Below, in pieces: positions 1 through 14,050 of a stretch of 64,000 nt of DNA. Source of the DNA: Carcharhinus longimanus (Eukaryota); assembly GCA_030264375.1 (NCBI GenBank), contig JASCQW010000119.1, positions 8,606,137 through 8,670,136 of the forward strand, given 5' to 3'. Every line of letters starts with the position of its first letter. Positions within the stretch are counted from its first letter, which is position 1. Position numbers and translations under genes: made by a program. Below the pieces are notes generated by a model. The model was not told the origin of the DNA, searched no databases, and saw only the letters and a program-made list of their open reading frames with translations.

Positions 1-74
1 ACGTATAGGGAGACGTTTAGAGAAACACAAACCTGGATAACAATAGCTGCAAGAACCCTAAATTCGGATATGTG

Positions 75-190
75 CTCCTGACACAAAATGTCGTCTCAAT
101 TCCCGCTTCACGAATTCTGTTTGATCTTTTGACATTTCGCAGCATTTTCTCTTCCTGTTTCAGATTCCACCACAAATACTATTTTGCTTT
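75..190 (+). mobile_element. Decayed Penelope-type terminal-repeat fragment
   Basis: cagcattttctcttcctgtttcagattcca...tattttgcttt resembles the end of the Penelope copy at ~17880-17930. Confidence 0.45.
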
Positions 191-1386
191 ATTTCCTCCC
201 ACATTAGCTTAGCATGTTACAGAGAAGCAAAATGAACAGTAGAAAGACAACAACAAACAGCTGCAATGTGGTAAGAATAGAAATGAGTCATCAAAGGAAG
301 CAGATTGGGACACTGCTGCTCCCATTTCGTTTTCTTCTGTGCATACCTAATGCATTGCATAAATTGCTCAGAAGGATTTTTAAATAAGAGTAAACTCATA
401 AATAAAATACAACGGCAGGCATTGAAATCCACTGATGGGGCACTGCTATCAAACTTTATTATTAACAGAAACTTAACTCATTAAATCAAAATGACATGAG
501 TTGTTTTCAGGTGCACTCCAGCCCCGTGGCACACATGAGTGTGGAAGGCCAGTAGCAAAACAAATGCAAAAGACATATTCCCATTCAAGGCTGCCTTGAA
601 AAACGGACAGACAATTCGGCTGTTAGACTCCATCGATCTGGCTTTTTACTGGACTTGTTAATGCTATACTTGGTGAAGCAGAGAACCACGCCAAAGAGAA
701 GGACTGCCACACCATCCTACTCATCGTCAGCACCTGATGTCAACTGATTTGTGTTTTCCACAGTAGATGAGCAGTAGCTTGATTTCATCGGCAATGATGC
801 AAAGCAAAGAGAAACATTATATGCTTATGACCATTCAAGTTTTACCACCCTCATGTAAACATATTTTCTGTGAATGGTCACGGTCACGCATTTCATGCTC
901 ACAGTTATTGCACGCCATCCAGTCGGAAGCGTCCTGGTTCCTTTGACATAGCCGTATTATTGCTCAAGTGGCAATACAAGCACTCAGAGTAACAATTTGG
1001 AAACGACGATTCAAACAAGCACCACAGATGATGATGTCAAATGCAAGCCTTCACTTAATGTCTCATGATGTTCTTGAAGTTATCCACTGAACTTGCTATC
1101 GATTTATTTCCTCGATGATATCAGAGAAGACATTTGATATCCTTAGCTGGCCTGCCCTACATGAGAATTAACAATATTTCAGTGGAATTTGAACAAACCA
1201 CCAGTGATGCCCCACAAAATGCACAGGAAACACCCTGGTAGAACTACAGTTCGATTTCAGAGCTTAGAATGACTCGTTTTTTTTCGAATATTTTATAATT
1301 AAGGAAAGGTACCCCAGGTTTGCATTTTCTGCAAGCGTCCCACTGTCCCAACCAAAACTCGCTCCTTCCCTGCAGACGCCGGAGCT

Positions 1387-1388
<2 letters not shown>

Positions 1389-1431
<43 letters not shown>
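1389..1431. repeat. (AC)n microsatellite
   Basis: Direct reading. Confidence 0.98.
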
Positions 1432-3039
1432 AAACACGAACGACTCGGTGCTACATCATCACTCTGCCATGTTGAACGGCATTTGGAGGAAACACATGTC
1501 TGGCAATGGCGCAAAATGTTCTATAACGGGGCGGGGGATTGGGGGGCGGGGGGTGGTGGGGTTCGTGCTCTGCTGTCAAGAGTGACGGTGGAGAATCATT
1601 GCTGATTGAAATGAAGAAGTGAAAATGCCACAAATGTTAGAGTCGTTGTGCAGTATACATTAGGTGAAGTAGCAAAGGAAAACCATAATCTAACTCATGC
1701 AAGTAGGCATGGGCTACGAAAACCATTAAGCATCCATTTTCCAGACTGACCAGCAGGCACTAGTTTTGATCTGATATTCTGTACTTATATTGAGAGAAAA
1801 AAAACCCCTCCATAGCATCATTTCCTATGAACGTGGTGCTACATTGGATATATTTTGACCAGTTTTATGAACTCACCCTTTTACAACAATAAGGCATTCG
1901 CTGCCACGAGCTGAATTAGAATTGTAATTAATCGTAACATTAACGTTTATGGCACTGTATGTGCCCCTCTCGAGATATCCACTGGAATGTAATGAGGTAA
2001 GGGATGAAGTAATCGAAAGTTCATGGATGAGAGAAAAGTTATGGATGACAAGTCCACAGTATCTCGATGAACTACTGAATGTTATAGACCAACATGGTGA
2101 AAGAAGCAGGCAGCCAATTTTCACCCTAGAAAGGCCAAGCAGCATGCGAAACAAAACATTCCGCAACCAAGGGTTGAAAATGAGATCATGTGGGTCTATA
2201 ATAGTTAAGCTTGTATAAGGGTGGGCAAATGCAAAGCTCAATGGAATATCTAACACCACAACTATTCCTAGTTGTTGTAAACGGGAGACTACAAATCTAC
2301 GCAAGTGTTAAGGCTGAATCACTTACGGAAAGCAACGGCAAACTTAGTCAGATTGCATGATCCATCTTCGCCCCTCCCAAAGATTCAATACATCAAATAT
2401 GCCAGATGTTAATGAACAAGATTCAATCTGCTTGGTGTCCATAAACAGTTTTCGGTAAAGGGTATGGGCACTAATATTATTCCAACAATATTACCATTTT
2501 TCTAGCATCCAAAATTGTTAAAAACGGGCCTAAAATGGTCCGTTCCGCCAAAGACCGGGCATGCACAGGGCAATGCGGAAATTTGGGAAATATCTCAAGT
2601 GCGCTTGAAGAAAACAATGCCTGTCATTGTCGATTACTGCCATTTGTTCGTAATTTGAAGGAAACACCGATCAACAGTGATTTATCGGAATGCTGTTGTC
2701 CAATAACTTGCTCACAGATGTCAGTGCCACTTAAACACTAACATTATTACTGCAGTGGTTCAGACAAAGAATAAATGCTGAAATCCAATGGTGAAATCAT
2801 TGCAGTCATGATTTATAACTACAGAACGAATTGTCGATTGTTGCTTTACAGATTCCCAGCATAAGTGCAGTCACCAATAAACGGGCAGAGTGGGTGAGGG
2901 GCATTTGTGTGAGACGCTGGTGTGGAACTTCTGTTTGTTAGCTCGCAAAATATATTGAACTGGAAAAAAATGGTCATTGAGGAGGTCAGAAAAATCAGTT
3001 GTAAGAACACAGGGTAAACGACAAATGTCAAAGAATTAT

Positions 3040-3620
3040 GTTTAGAACAAAGAACAAAGCCACCCAGCACGGGAACAGGCCCTTCGGCCCAACGAGCCCG
3101 CGCCGCCATTTCAACAAAGCATTTTCCTACACTTACCCTGCCCCGTGTGTATGTGAATGGTACCCCTAATGTAGCCAGATCCAGGGGAGAATAGTGTAGG
3201 GTCAATTTGGNNNNNNNNNNNNNNNNNNNNNNNNNNNNNNNNNNNNNNNNNNNNNNNNNNNNNNNNNNNNNNNNNNNNNNNNNNNNNNNNNNNNNNNNNN
3301 NNNNNNNNNNACAGGCCCAAATCCATGTGTCTGCACAGCTAGCAGTGACAGTCACTGAGCTGTTGTGGTGCCCGTCTGCTGGTCTTTACACAGAATATGC
3401 AGTGCTGCATGAGGCCATTCGTCCAGTTGACTGCACAGTTTCTCCGGAATACAGCATTAAAAACGGATTCTCACCGCCGGATCCCCAAAACCTTGAAATT
3501 ATGCCTTAATGAATTTTGACCACCACATGGACTGTATAAGGAATCTGTAACACCCAGAAGGAACCATTCGCACCAAAGGCCGAATTCAAACACGGGTCGC
3601 TGGTGCTTTAAAACAAAGGC
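3040..3620 (-). mobile_element. SINE / CR1-tail fragments interrupted by an assembly gap
   Basis: agaacaaagaacaaag...gcacgggaacaggcccttcggccc tail, as at ~35180-35230; gaattcaaacacgggtcgctgg B-box remnant near 3585. Confidence 0.6.
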
Positions 3621-5139
3621 AGGAAGCGTTGTGATGTCATGAGCCCTGCTGTCTTGAGCTGCTTAACTGATGGGCTTCCGACCGTCATTATGTCAGTAGT
3701 GAATACATTCGGCGATTATTGTCCAATCTTTCAGCACTTTTCAAAACGACTGGAATACTGAAGGGGAGCATATATTAAGGCAGGCAGTTAATAGGTACCA
3801 CTAAACAACTGTGACACACAATTGGGTCTGTTTCACGAGTATCTGGCAATNNNNNNNNNNNNNNNNNNNNNNNNNNNNNNNNNNNNNNNNNNNNNNNNNN
3901 NNNNNNNNNNNNNNNNNNNNNNNNNNNNNNNNNNNNNNNNNNNNNNNNNNTCTGTTTCTTTTTGGATGAATTTTGATCAGAACATTAGTTGGGCAAGCAT
4001 ATTGATGTGCTTAAAATCGGCCAGACGTGAGACAAGTTGCAGCAAATAATTCAATACGAATGGCGACACGCCACATCCATCGGCTTCCATGACCAAGAGA
4101 GTATAATTGTGGCATTTGCAATTTGTAGTTTACCCTGTGTTCTTACAAATGATCTATCTGACATCCAATCTGCCTGAATGATGACAGATGTAAATGCATG
4201 CCAGGATTATGTCAGCCAATTTGATCGATACAATCGTGCAAGTCTTCTTGCTCACATTGTCGGAAGTCCATGTCATCTACAAGACGCATTGCAGGATCAC
4301 ATCTACACTTATCTGGGGACATTCTCCGAAAAGTTCTAATAACATATATTTTTTAATAATTGTGTGTCGCAATGCATCGACTGCATAATTTAAATGGTAA
4401 TAATGTTGATCCCGTCGCCCCTTATCCCTATACAGGTAATGGTCAATAGCTACAAATGTATGCAATGTGTTACAAAAACTATACGATTCCGTTAAAGCAT
4501 CTTTTCTCTCCCCCTTGTTAGCTGAGTTTAGGTTTAGTTCAGTAGTTCTCCATCTGAAATTTTGCAGGAAACATTGCATGGCGTGGAAAATTTCCCCTTA
4601 ATATCGCTGTACTATTATAACAGTGATAATAGTCCTTTGTGCAGGAAATGGTCAAGGACAACTTATTTCATTTGAAGTTTTGATTGGCTGAAACATCGAG
4701 AGATTTTGTGATTCTTCGCCCTACAAATAACACTTTTACTGCAAGATACACGCATAAAGGTTAAGGTTATGGCAGAGTTGCGGGGCAGAAGCACGTTACC
4801 ATTATTATTACTTGCAGGCAACTTCGGGCTTGTAAAGTAAAGAACACATAGAGGTTTAGCAAATTGACGAGATGGGGCNNNNNNNNNNATCTTAATTATG
4901 GTTTGATGAAACGATTAAATTTTAAAAGAACAAATGAAGCGGTTTTATGATGAGCTTTGAAAATATATATTTTTACATGCTTTGAAATTGTCACATGCAC
5001 AAGGCCATGAAATAAGTCATGGAAGTGACTACTTTTTTTTTTCAGCGAGCACATAATTAATAAGTCTCCACCGCGAGTTACTATTCTAAAATCAATTGTG
5101 TTAACTGATATTAAGTATACAAAAAACATTTTTTTTCAG

Positions 5140-5166
5140 AGGAGAAGCTGCGTACATGCGGAGACG
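5140..5166 (+). CDS. 27-nt micro-exon, (E)EKLRTCGD
   Basis: ttttttcag|AGGAGAAGCTGCGTACATGCGGAGACG|gtaagt. Confidence 0.85.
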
Positions 5167-5349
5167 GTAAGTAGCTCTTCACAGAACGTTACCATAGATC
5201 GTGTGAACACAATCACATAGTCATTGGTGAATGTGTGTTGCCGTACATGCATTTAGGCTGAATAATTTATGTGGTGGTTCCAACTTGGGAAGAAAAAATA
5301 ATGCGTTCATCTCAAAAATTACCTTTGCTAAAATTCATGTCGCTTTTCT

Positions 5350-8300
5350 TGACAGCCTTGGGCGCATAAAAAGGTGAATGGATAGCACGTTTTGTATATA
5401 GAAGCGGAGTCCCATATGGCACATTGCATGCAGGTTCCAGGGTGAAGGACATTTCTTCCCAGCTTGATGAATATTAGAGTGGCTGCGCAAAGATACAGCT
5501 TTTGTGGTCCATGTTGGGAAAACAACATATAAACAAACACGACTCTGAAGAAAAAAGTTTAGGGATTATTAGGAGCTGAGATCTCAATTACTGAGAACAC
5601 TTTCATGAGTTTGCGACTCACGTGCAATGTGGCAAAGATGAGAGAAAAAAAAATGGGTGAAATGTGATTAAATCGTGGTGCGGGGATAAGGAGCGATATG
5701 TAATGCTGGGCCCGTCTCCCCTGAACCGATCTGCGACCCGGGCTTCAGGAAAAAAATAATAAGGTGTGCACCAGCATTTTAAATGAGTAGATGGGGGAGA
5801 AAACAGTTAAAATACAAGATATGTAATTGTTTATGAGAAACAAAACAGCAGTTTCGCGTGTGGAGTGCAGGGATGTCAAGTGAGTGATGATTATGAACAT
5901 AGATAAACGGAAGAAGTACACAGGGGAGGCTACTAAAGTTGCTGGAACTAATAAGAAGACATTTCGCTGAGAAAAGTTTAGGAACCTCGCAAAGGAGCAA
6001 ACCAAAAGAAGGGCAAAAATGAACAGTGGGGTACTTAATGCAGAAATGTGTGCGATGTGTTGAACGTGTGCAGTTAAATACATATTTTAAAAAGCTTTTT
6101 TTTTCGTAGATTGTAGTTTTGTGAACACATGTGTTCATCTCAGACACATGTCTGCAAGGCCACCCGATCTGGTAGCGAGTTATCTAAGGATCCGCGTCAT
6201 GTTGAAAAGGCAGGGTCTTGATCAGATGGGTTGGTGTTGCCTTGTTCGGAACGATTGTACTTAAATCGTTAGTAAGAAACAAGTTGCAATTTGAAGATGT
6301 AGGATCTGTGAGGGCCAATTTGAAGAAAAGCAACGTTAAAAGTCTGTGATAGGGGTCATGCAGACGTCTTTGAAGTCGACAGGATGTGGGGTACAGGATC
6401 GCCCAGCAGATAAAAAACGTTATATAAGAAATGCAAGGTTAGAGTGTTCATGGTTGATTTAAATATGATGGTGGATTAGGGGGAAAAAAATGGTAGTGGA
6501 TGGGAAGATTCTACACTTTGTACTGTTGACGAGATGCATTTTCTGAGCCTTTTCTGATTGAGCTGACAAGGGAGCAAATGATCCGTAATTTGTTGATGCA
6601 TAATGAGATAGACATTATTTGAAAACATAAATGAAAGGTACCCTTAGGAGTTCGGGATGGAAACATGATATCATTTACCCTGAAATCGTGAGAGGGCGAA
6701 GCTAAAATTAGATATGACAGTATTTCAGGTGAGAACATGCATATAGAAAGGCATGCAGGAGGAACTCATCAGAGTTCTTTGAAAATGTGTCAAGTTCGAT
6801 TTATGGTGGAATATCTATGGCAGGAGATTCTGGAAGTATCTCGGAAGACACAGCAAAACGTCATACAAACCACAGGAAAACAAATACTCACGGGAGGACA
6901 AGACAGCCAAGGCCGATGCGGGAAGCCAGGAAGAGTGTAAAGCCAAAAAGGAAGGAAAGAGCAGCAATGATCAATGGGAAGCCAGGCGACCACAAAGCCT
7001 TAAAAAAAAACTGCAGAGGGCAACTAAAACGAATCAAGGGGGAGGGCAGAGTGGAGATAACATATCAAAATAAGAAAGACAACAATATCAATAAAACAGT
7101 TTGCAGCAACTTTTTTGATGTAGAAAGGGAAATTGAGAGACAAGAGCGGACATTTGGATGTTGGAAAATGACACTGGAAAAGTTGAAATTGGGAAGAGTA
7201 AAATTGTGGAGATATGGAAATAACGCCTTGTATCGGCCGTCACGACGGAATAAATCAGCAGCATAGCAGCAATTGAACAGTTACGAACAGGGTTGAATAT
7301 GCTGGACATTTCTGGTGAAGGAATAGGGAAGCTGAAATGTCTGAAAGTTTATAAATCACCTGGAGTAAATGGACTGCAATTCAGAGTTCCAAAGGAAACA
7401 ACTGAAGAGAGTGGAGGTGATCACTGTAGAACATTTTGTTTTAAATCACTGGACTGAGGCACGTCCAGGACGACTGGTAATTAATCAATGCAACACCATT
7501 ATTTCAGAAGGAAGATAGAAAGAGACGGGAAATTAGAAGTTTTTACTATAACTTTGGTTGCAAGCAAGATTTTAAAGTCCATTATTAACAAATGAAATTG
7601 TAGAATATGTGTAAATTGCCTGTAAAATGGCGAAGTCAGCATGTATTCGTCAAGGGGAGGTCACACCTGACATGCCTGTGAGAATAGTTTGAATAAATAA
7701 TGACCATGTTAGACAAACAAAAGCAATAGTTGTCATTTTCTTCGATTTTCAGAAGTCCATTCACAACTTATCACATAGGAGGCAGCTTGAAAGAATAAAA
7801 AAAAACACTCATCAGGTTAGAGGCAAGGCACTGCATGAATAATCAAAAAGATCTTGACTGGTCTAAGGCAGAGATTTGGCATAAAATGATCTTTCTCACT
7901 GTAGCAGCCAGTGTCCAGTTGAGTTCTGCAGTTTTTAGAGCTGGGATTACGTTTACTCACTTCATACATAAACTGTGTGCTTCATGGTACTGAAGGCCTT
8001 GTGGCAAGGTTTGCAGATGATACATAGTTTGTAAGTAGACAATCAGTATTGACTACACAGGCTGGATGCAATATACCTTCCACCGTTTCGGGCAGTGGAA
8101 ATAAAGTTTCATATGGAATACAACCAATGAAGATGTGAGCTATACACTTTGGTTGGAAGTATATAGTGGTTGTTTTTTTTTTAAATAAGGTATACAAAAC
8201 TTGAAAACATAAAATGATTTTGGAGTTCAACTTCCACATTCTCCTAAGGTTAGCTTGAATATTGAGTTGGTGCTAACGAACACAGATGCATTGAAATAAT

Positions 8301-8850
8301 TCATTTCCAGAGGATGAGAGCTCAAGAGCAGGACTGTACTACTGGAGCTTTCAAAGGCTTTTGTCAGGCCACTGTTGGAATGCTCAGAACAATTTCAGGC
8401 TACATTTCTGAGAAAAAGATATTCTGGCCTTTGAGATTGTACAGAACAAGTTAACAATAAAGATCCCAACAATGAAAAGGTTGATGTATGACGAGCGTAT
8501 GAAGGGTTCGGATCTTTATTCAGTGGACTTCGGAAGGATGAGGGCTGATATAATTGCAACTTGCAGAAATCTGCATGGCCAGGATAGAGTGGATGTAGGG
8601 AAGAAGTTTGTATTACTGGAAAAGACTAGACTAGTTGGACACAGATTCAGATTGCTCAAGCCGCTCTTTCGAACCAAAATGATGATAAATTTATTCAGCA
8701 ACTGTGTGCCCAATGTATGAAGTTCATTTCCACAGCAGGCTGTGAAGGCAGGGCCTTCGAGTTAATTTATGACACAGACGTATGAGTTCTTGGTTGGTAA
8801 GGGAACAAAAGTTATGGGAAAAAAAGGCGGGAGAATAGGATTCCATTGTA
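5350..8850 (+). mobile_element. Long, heavily decayed CR1 LINE (ORF1 SGNH-esterase remnant, endonuclease, RT)
   Basis: ccagggtgaaggacat...gtggtccatgttggga (VVHVG of CR1 ORF1) ~5440-5520; tttgcagatgatac (FADD) ~8010; C-terminal ORF2 remnant in ORF 8472-8720; many stops and frameshifts. Confidence 0.9.
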
Positions 8851-11479
8851 GTGTATATTTGCTGGACAGAAGTTGGTAATTTTATTCTGGCATGTTTTTT
8901 TTTTGCGCACAATGCTGCGGATGCAGCCAAATGGTGAACGACCAGGGCTTTCTGGGGGTAAGCGTTTTTTTTCCACTTGGAACCTCTGCAACGAGATTGT
9001 TTCCATTATCTCCACATTAACGTTATCAACAATTATCCGTAAACGTTACTCACTGATTCAGCATAGAGAGAGAAACATGATGAACATTGCCTCAGCGACG
9101 AAGATGAAATCCCCCCAAATTGGCATGTATGCTTGAATAAGATGACGTCTCGCAGAGTTTGATCCTCTAGAAGTATGGGGAGTGGAGCACATATTACAAA
9201 GGTCTTTGTGATGTTCCTGCGCACTTCAAAATAAATGGGTTTTAAAATCTGCATCGTTTTATTTGTTGGCTTTTGTCTTAATGAGACCTGAGCTACTACA
9301 TGAAAAGTGTTGGTGAGCAGAGATTTGCAATGCAAGAAATATAGTACAATGCTGGTGTACATAATTGCATAATGTATTGTTTCATTATTCTCTGTCTGTT
9401 GGCTTCCTGCTGCCCAATTTCTCCAGCAAGAATTCAGGGACAAATGTTATTTCAAATATGTTGGACAGGCACTAAAACATTAAGAGAAATGTGGCTGCAA
9501 TTCAGTAAATAATTGGAAATTGGTATCACGACGTTTGAACAGCATCTCAATACAGCTCGGAATCTCATTGCGTTCACTATGAGAGCAGGCGAGCAGTGGG
9601 CCATTTTTGTTAATTAAGTAATCAAACTGCCCAGTGAGTTCGGAAACACTTAAGTTCAAATTGTGAAGGAGAGCTATGCCATTGACGAGACAAGTACATG
9701 TCCAAACGATGACACATCTTTCGACATAATTGCGCGGAAGTTAGCTGAGTTGCTGAAAACTTTGCATTCATATATTTCTGGCTCCGCGACAGACAGTGCC
9801 TTATTTTTGCAATGCGAAATGGAACACCTCCAACACGCTCATTCGAAGGCCACTTAGAACATCTCTAAGTCTAGCAGCTGGAGATAGAAGCGCATTGAGG
9901 TCTCCAACGACTAAAATTTATCATCAGAGCAACAAATTATAATGAAATTGAACTATATTTTGATCAGCGATGGGCGATGGAACAAATGCTGGGAATTCAC
10001 ATTAGAACAGTGCTCTTCGAAGAACGACGTTCCCCACCAGCTACTTGGTTGAAATAAGCATAGTTCTTTTTTTAAGCTTTGAACGAGGGACCGAGAGGCA
10101 TCTTTATACAAAGGGACGATAAAACAAATATATTTCCATATGTGTTCGGGCTCTATTACAATTAGTGTGCCTCCCCTTCCTCGAATTCGCATTTACTAAT
10201 TCAATAAGTATCTGTGAAGCAGAAGATGAATTTAATTATCGGTAGCCCTTTTTCATCCGCAGCAAGAAGGCTTTCAGTGCCCCACTGCACTCTTGCTTCG
10301 TTGATTATCAAAATCGCTCGTGAAAACTGATGAGTGTATTATGCAAGCACAACTTATCACTTTACGATTTATGGTCAAAAAGTGGTTCAAAGTGATGGCT
10401 ATTTCAATTCTGATCATGCCAGTAACTTCCCGAGAAGTACATTTACCATGAATTCAACGAATTATGCGTTCATATCATGACAAACGTGTTCCTGTCCATA
10501 TGTTGCTATCCTTAAAAATGAAGAAATAAGATGTACTGGAAATTATTTCTGCCTGTCGTTTCTGGTCACTGGTTATGATCCTTTGGAGAAGGTGCCATAT
10601 TTCTTAAATGACGGTCGTGAGAGCCCATTTTTTTCTCTTTCCAGTCAGGTCATCATGTGCCTTGATGGCACACACTTACTTTGCGATAAGCTCCCAAAGG
10701 TTCTGCGACAATATTAGGACACGGTATTGAATGTTTTGATTTCCAGATTACTCTGAAAGGTACGTTTTACCGTCGTGCTGTGACAGTGCTGCAGGAGTCG
10801 GTCATTGAGGAAATACAGATGATGTATCCGTGAGTAATAGGTATTTTTGGAATACAGAATCGAATTCCATAATCATTTCGTGCATTTGCTCTCAGCTGCC
10901 CGAACATCTCAGTTGCTCAGATGTTCAGTTGCATTAAAAAAGTGTGTCTTATATATCTGGCCAGAGCTATAGAGGTTCATGTCATATTTCTCATTGCAGA
11001 ATACCAAGTATTAATTTGCTGTTTTAGCCATTCCATGTGAAATGTTGTTGCAATGTTGCGAGTGCTGATTAATTGTTGGCATGATGAAAATGTCTTCAAG
11101 GTTTCAAAAATGGCGAAATGTCAAGTGGCTTTTTACAAGAGTCTAATAGCAGGCTTTGTTTTTGCCTTCGAAATAATGCACATTTTAACGTAAATTGATA
11201 CCTTAGAATTCCCAGTTGAGCTAATATGTCATGCGGATGCCTATATGTTTGCTTTGATTGTGTAATCAAAGTTGAGATCACATTAGCATCAAAATAAATC
11301 ATTGGTGCTGACAGATGTTGACGAATAAATCTGATTGCTGCAGAGGTCACCCAAAATGTGAAATGTCGTTTCCGTAGGAACGGCAAAACGAGCAAAAGTA
11401 CATTGTTGTATCGCTGCAGAAATGTATTAACATTTGTACTCTGTCAGTTCGTGAACAAAGATATGACTTCATTGCCAAT

Positions 11480-11790
11480 GACATTAAATTTTCACGAATA
11501 TATCGTGGTATCGGACCTTGTGGAGTTTTCAAATTTTCCCCATGTCTGCTTGTGTATCAGAAGGAGCTCCGGTTTCCTTCAGCAGTTCGAAAATATGAAG
11601 AATTGGTGTAATGACAATGCATTTTTTTTCCTTGCTCTCCAAATAAATATACATTAGATGGAGGAGACTTGATCAATGGGCAATGTTTCGAGGAAAACGG
11701 CGGGGCTGGGTGAATCCCTCTTTCAAAGAGTTGATGCTAAATCGATGAACCCAACGTTTCTGAGCAGTAGGACTCCATCGTTATGGCGTT
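11480..11790 (+). mobile_element. Decayed shark tRNA-derived SINE
   Basis: gtggagttt...ttccccatgtctgcttg...gctccggtttcct core shared with the better-preserved copies. Confidence 0.6.
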
Positions 11791-12051
11791 TATGTGTTGT
11801 GTGGTTGGGGAGAAAACAGTAAGTGCAGTCTGTTTCGTCGCAGCCATATCTTCATGATAGTGTTAGGCATTTCAATCAGTGCTGAACATTTTGCCTCATT
11901 TCCGTACTCAGATGTCTACTGAATAAATTCGAAACCAAAATGCCATGATGCGGACATCCATGAAAAAAATGGTTTGTGGTGAACCAGAAAATCTGTTTTG
12001 TTTGTTTTTTAATTTCATTTATTTACAAAAACAATACGAACTTTCAATTAG

Positions 12052-12078
12052 ATCAACGCACGAAAGACACCAAAGCAG
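12052..12078 (+). CDS. 27-nt micro-exon, DQRTKDTKA
   Basis: ctttcaattag|ATCAACGCACGAAAGACACCAAAGCAG|gtaaaa. Confidence 0.7.
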
Positions 12079-12362
12079 GTAAAACAATTTGAATGCCATA
12101 TGTGTAACAAAAATGAATCTAACTGGATGATTAAATAAAAATTACATTTTATGCGCAGCATCCAAATGTTGTAGTTTACCATCATGGACATTAATTCAGA
12201 ATTTACAGACCACACAACCCGATTTTAATTTCCCTACTGTATAATTGTCAAACGTCGTCTGAAATGCATCTTCGGTATTTACTTCATCAGATCAATGTTT
12301 TAGCAATCGGTTATCAGTGAGGAATCATCCCCATGTCACCTCACCATTCTTCTCTGTGTATG

Positions 12363-12398
12363 CAGAGACAGAGAGATAGGGAGAGGAAGGGAGGGAAT

Positions 12399-12429
<31 letters not shown>

Positions 12430-12472
12430 GGACAGACAGGCAAACAGACAGAAGCAGAGGGAAAGGGAGAGA
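12363..12472. repeat. (GA)n/(GACA)n simple repeat
   Basis: Direct reading. Confidence 0.9.
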
Positions 12473-12989
12473 TTGTGTGTTGGTGGCAGTATGTTGTGTT
12501 AGATAGTCGTCAAAACACCATTTGCATTTTTCACAAAATATGTTTTTTATTATTATTTTAAGACTAAAGTTCGATTCAACTGCTCGTTAAATCCCAATTA
12601 TTACTGAAAATGCTGAATATGTGCACTGTATTTGCATTATTAGTTATATTCTCACTCACAATAAAATGTAAGTTCTAGCAAATCATAATCTCGTTAGCCA
12701 AGAAATGTTTCAACCTTCGATATAAATAATGGGTAATGCAAATACATTAATGCATATGTGACGCTGACCTATAGCACTTGCACGCAAGAAAGTGTTTTTC
12801 GTTACCTTTTTCGTTTCTGAATCGCTTGCTGAGCTCCATTCGTTAAAACAGACAGCGACGGGGAGAAAACGTGCCACTTATGTGCTACAGACGGATTCTT
12901 AATGCAAAGTTCACTCATCTGGCACTATTGAGCAGATTGTAATTAAGGCAAACATTCATAATGTATTTTTTTTAACGTTCCATTATGCA

Positions 12990-14050
12990 CACTAGCATGA
13001 TTTGCCCAGAGTTGGATGAGTCCATTGTGGAACCGTCAATCCATTTCATTGGTGGCAGATGAAGCTTGAGGAGACAAGGGCAAGTTTCCAGGAGCTTATA
13101 GCCCTTATTTTTCCTGTCAACGTTTCGCATCAGCTTGCTCTCTGTGGTGGCATTCTTGGTGCTCATCCCCTGCCCTGATGCTGGTCCTCGGCTCTCGGAC
13201 ATTTTCTTTTTTTTTGTCAGTATTTCCCAGGCATGCATTCAGATGGATTTAAGGTCGGACTTGAAGAGTTGCGTCAACACTCTTGGTGCTCTCTTCCCTT
13301 ACTCAGCACCTAGTAGACGTCCAGTACAGTCGTCTAGTTTGAGACATGCTGAAAATATCATGCTTCTTGTGGTACGGATGCATTGTGGTCAACGATTCAG
13401 TGATGTGGACTTTGGCTCGAGGGAGAACAGTTACTTTGGGACCTCTACCGTGCCCATAGATATTTGAGGAGGCAGCACGACCTGTACTGCTCCAGGATAT
13501 TGACGTGCATATACAACGTCCATGAGCGAAATCTGAGGACAGGTATCATGCCTGTTCTCTAGATTATAAACTTGGGACATTTTCCAGTTCCCGGAATTCG
13601 AACAATCTATCCCTCTGTAAATGGAAAACTGATTTGGGAGTCTAAGAGGGTGCTGATAATCATTGTCGTGACTGTTCTTTTTTTGCCAGTAGGTTCCCAC
13701 CTTGTGTAATGTGGAGATGTGCGCCTGGAGCCTCGCCTTCAATTGTCATGACTGCCCGACTGCCCTCTACGGTGTCGCGATGTTAAACGTGGATTAAATC
13801 GTCTTATGAATGTTTATAGCAAGGCGCAAATGTCTTGCCGTAATCTGGGAAAATGTTGATACTATTTTCAACCGCACTTTCGCATGTGCTGAGGTCCTTG
13901 CCGAGTCCATAGACGACTGTCCAATTCGAGAGATTGTCACAAACATGAATCTCGTCTGCAGTCCCTGGTTGATGAACAGCTAACATTTTAATCTGCCATT
14001 TATCTCCACATTGGCACGGAGCTTGCGGAGTGTGAGATGAAGGTTGCAGC
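12990..14050 (-). mobile_element. Decayed RTE-clade LINE, 3' part
   Basis: Minus strand reads SWTLYMHVNILEQYRSCCL, matching the RTE motif ETWTLY...LE.FH..CLR, and an FIC zinc-knuckle remnant near 13060. Confidence 0.7.

Noticed and set aside
6787-7266. 159-aa ORF, one of the longest in the track
   Set aside because: Lies inside the decayed CR1 ORF2 linker region; not an independent gene.
10747-10759. 13-nt ttccag..gtacgt segment (also 15028-15038 region, 12644-12667, 14141-14160, 38051-38073)
   Set aside because: Lengths mostly break frame or signals are weak; no resemblance to the exon classes.
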